The translations under genes and the position numbers were made by a program. Below, piece by piece: positions 36,230 through 36,575 of a DNA stretch of 36,575 nucleotides. Location: positions 1,161,313 through 1,197,887 of the forward strand of contig NC_068996.1 of the NCBI RefSeq assembly GCF_001194135.2, read 5' to 3'. Origin of the DNA: Octopus bimaculoides (lineage: Eukaryota). The notes under the pieces are model-generated. The model worked only from the letters and a program-made list of their open reading frames with translations. It was not told the origin of the DNA and ran no database searches. Every line of letters starts with the position of its first letter. Within the stretch, counting starts at the first letter, position 1.

Positions 36230-36575
36230 TGGAAGGAATTTCAACCATGTTTCGTGGTCTGCTACCACAACAGCTCCTTTATAGGATCCAGTTAGCTGAA
36301 GACATCATCAGGAGGAACCACGTCCGGTTTCGGCCCCTACTCCTCTACCGTTTTGACGTGGCGGGGCCACCCCCTTTCGGAGGTGTCTTCAGCTCTGGTG
36401 TTGGGTGCATGTCTTCTTTCACTGTTTGTGACTGTTCTAATTCAACTGGAATGTCCCTCGCTATGGTTATTTTCCAGGAGGTTCTGGCCACACGTCTTAC
36501 GGTTCATCAACCCGCGTTGTTAAATTACTTTCTTCCGACATACCTTCCCTTGGTGGATTCGGATCCAGTTAGCTG
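36230..36575 (-). mobile_element. Probable PLE-type terminal repeat region running off the window end
   Basis: The 15-nt direct repeat ggatccagttagctg occurs at 36284 and 36561 (period 277). CTGANGA and GAAAC motifs plus a decayed hammerhead at 36232-36282. Family assignment is inference. Confidence 0.45.

Noticed and set aside
36300-36390. HDV-like or twister ribozyme assignment
   Set aside because: Helix order lacks P3/L3 and P4 in HDV positions, and twister core motifs are absent. Kept only as an unclassified structure.

Overview
Eukaryotic (animal) genomic DNA: AT-rich, very microsatellite-rich, with many N gaps. The SINE families look like those I associate with Octopus (inference from recall, not a search). 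No intact host gene, rRNA, true tRNA or CRISPR array is supported. The window is mostly decayed, nested transposable elements. These include a Ty3/Gypsy pol remnant, three tRNA-SINE families, and five R4/Dong-clade non-LTR pieces, three with 3' ends on (AAT)n arrays. There are also two RTE LINE remnants, two Penelope-like (PLE) remnants, two Helitron-like elements plus a Helitron helicase fragment, and two head-to-head Tc1/mariner elements. The strongest unannotated signal is a type I hammerhead ribozyme core at 33544-33635, in what looks like an inverted PLE terminal repeat. Two more decayed hammerhead-like motifs and a heavily self-complementary ~277-bp repeat at the window end are weaker. 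A few short candidate host exons are low confidence. Most listed ORFs are microsatellite or gap artefacts.
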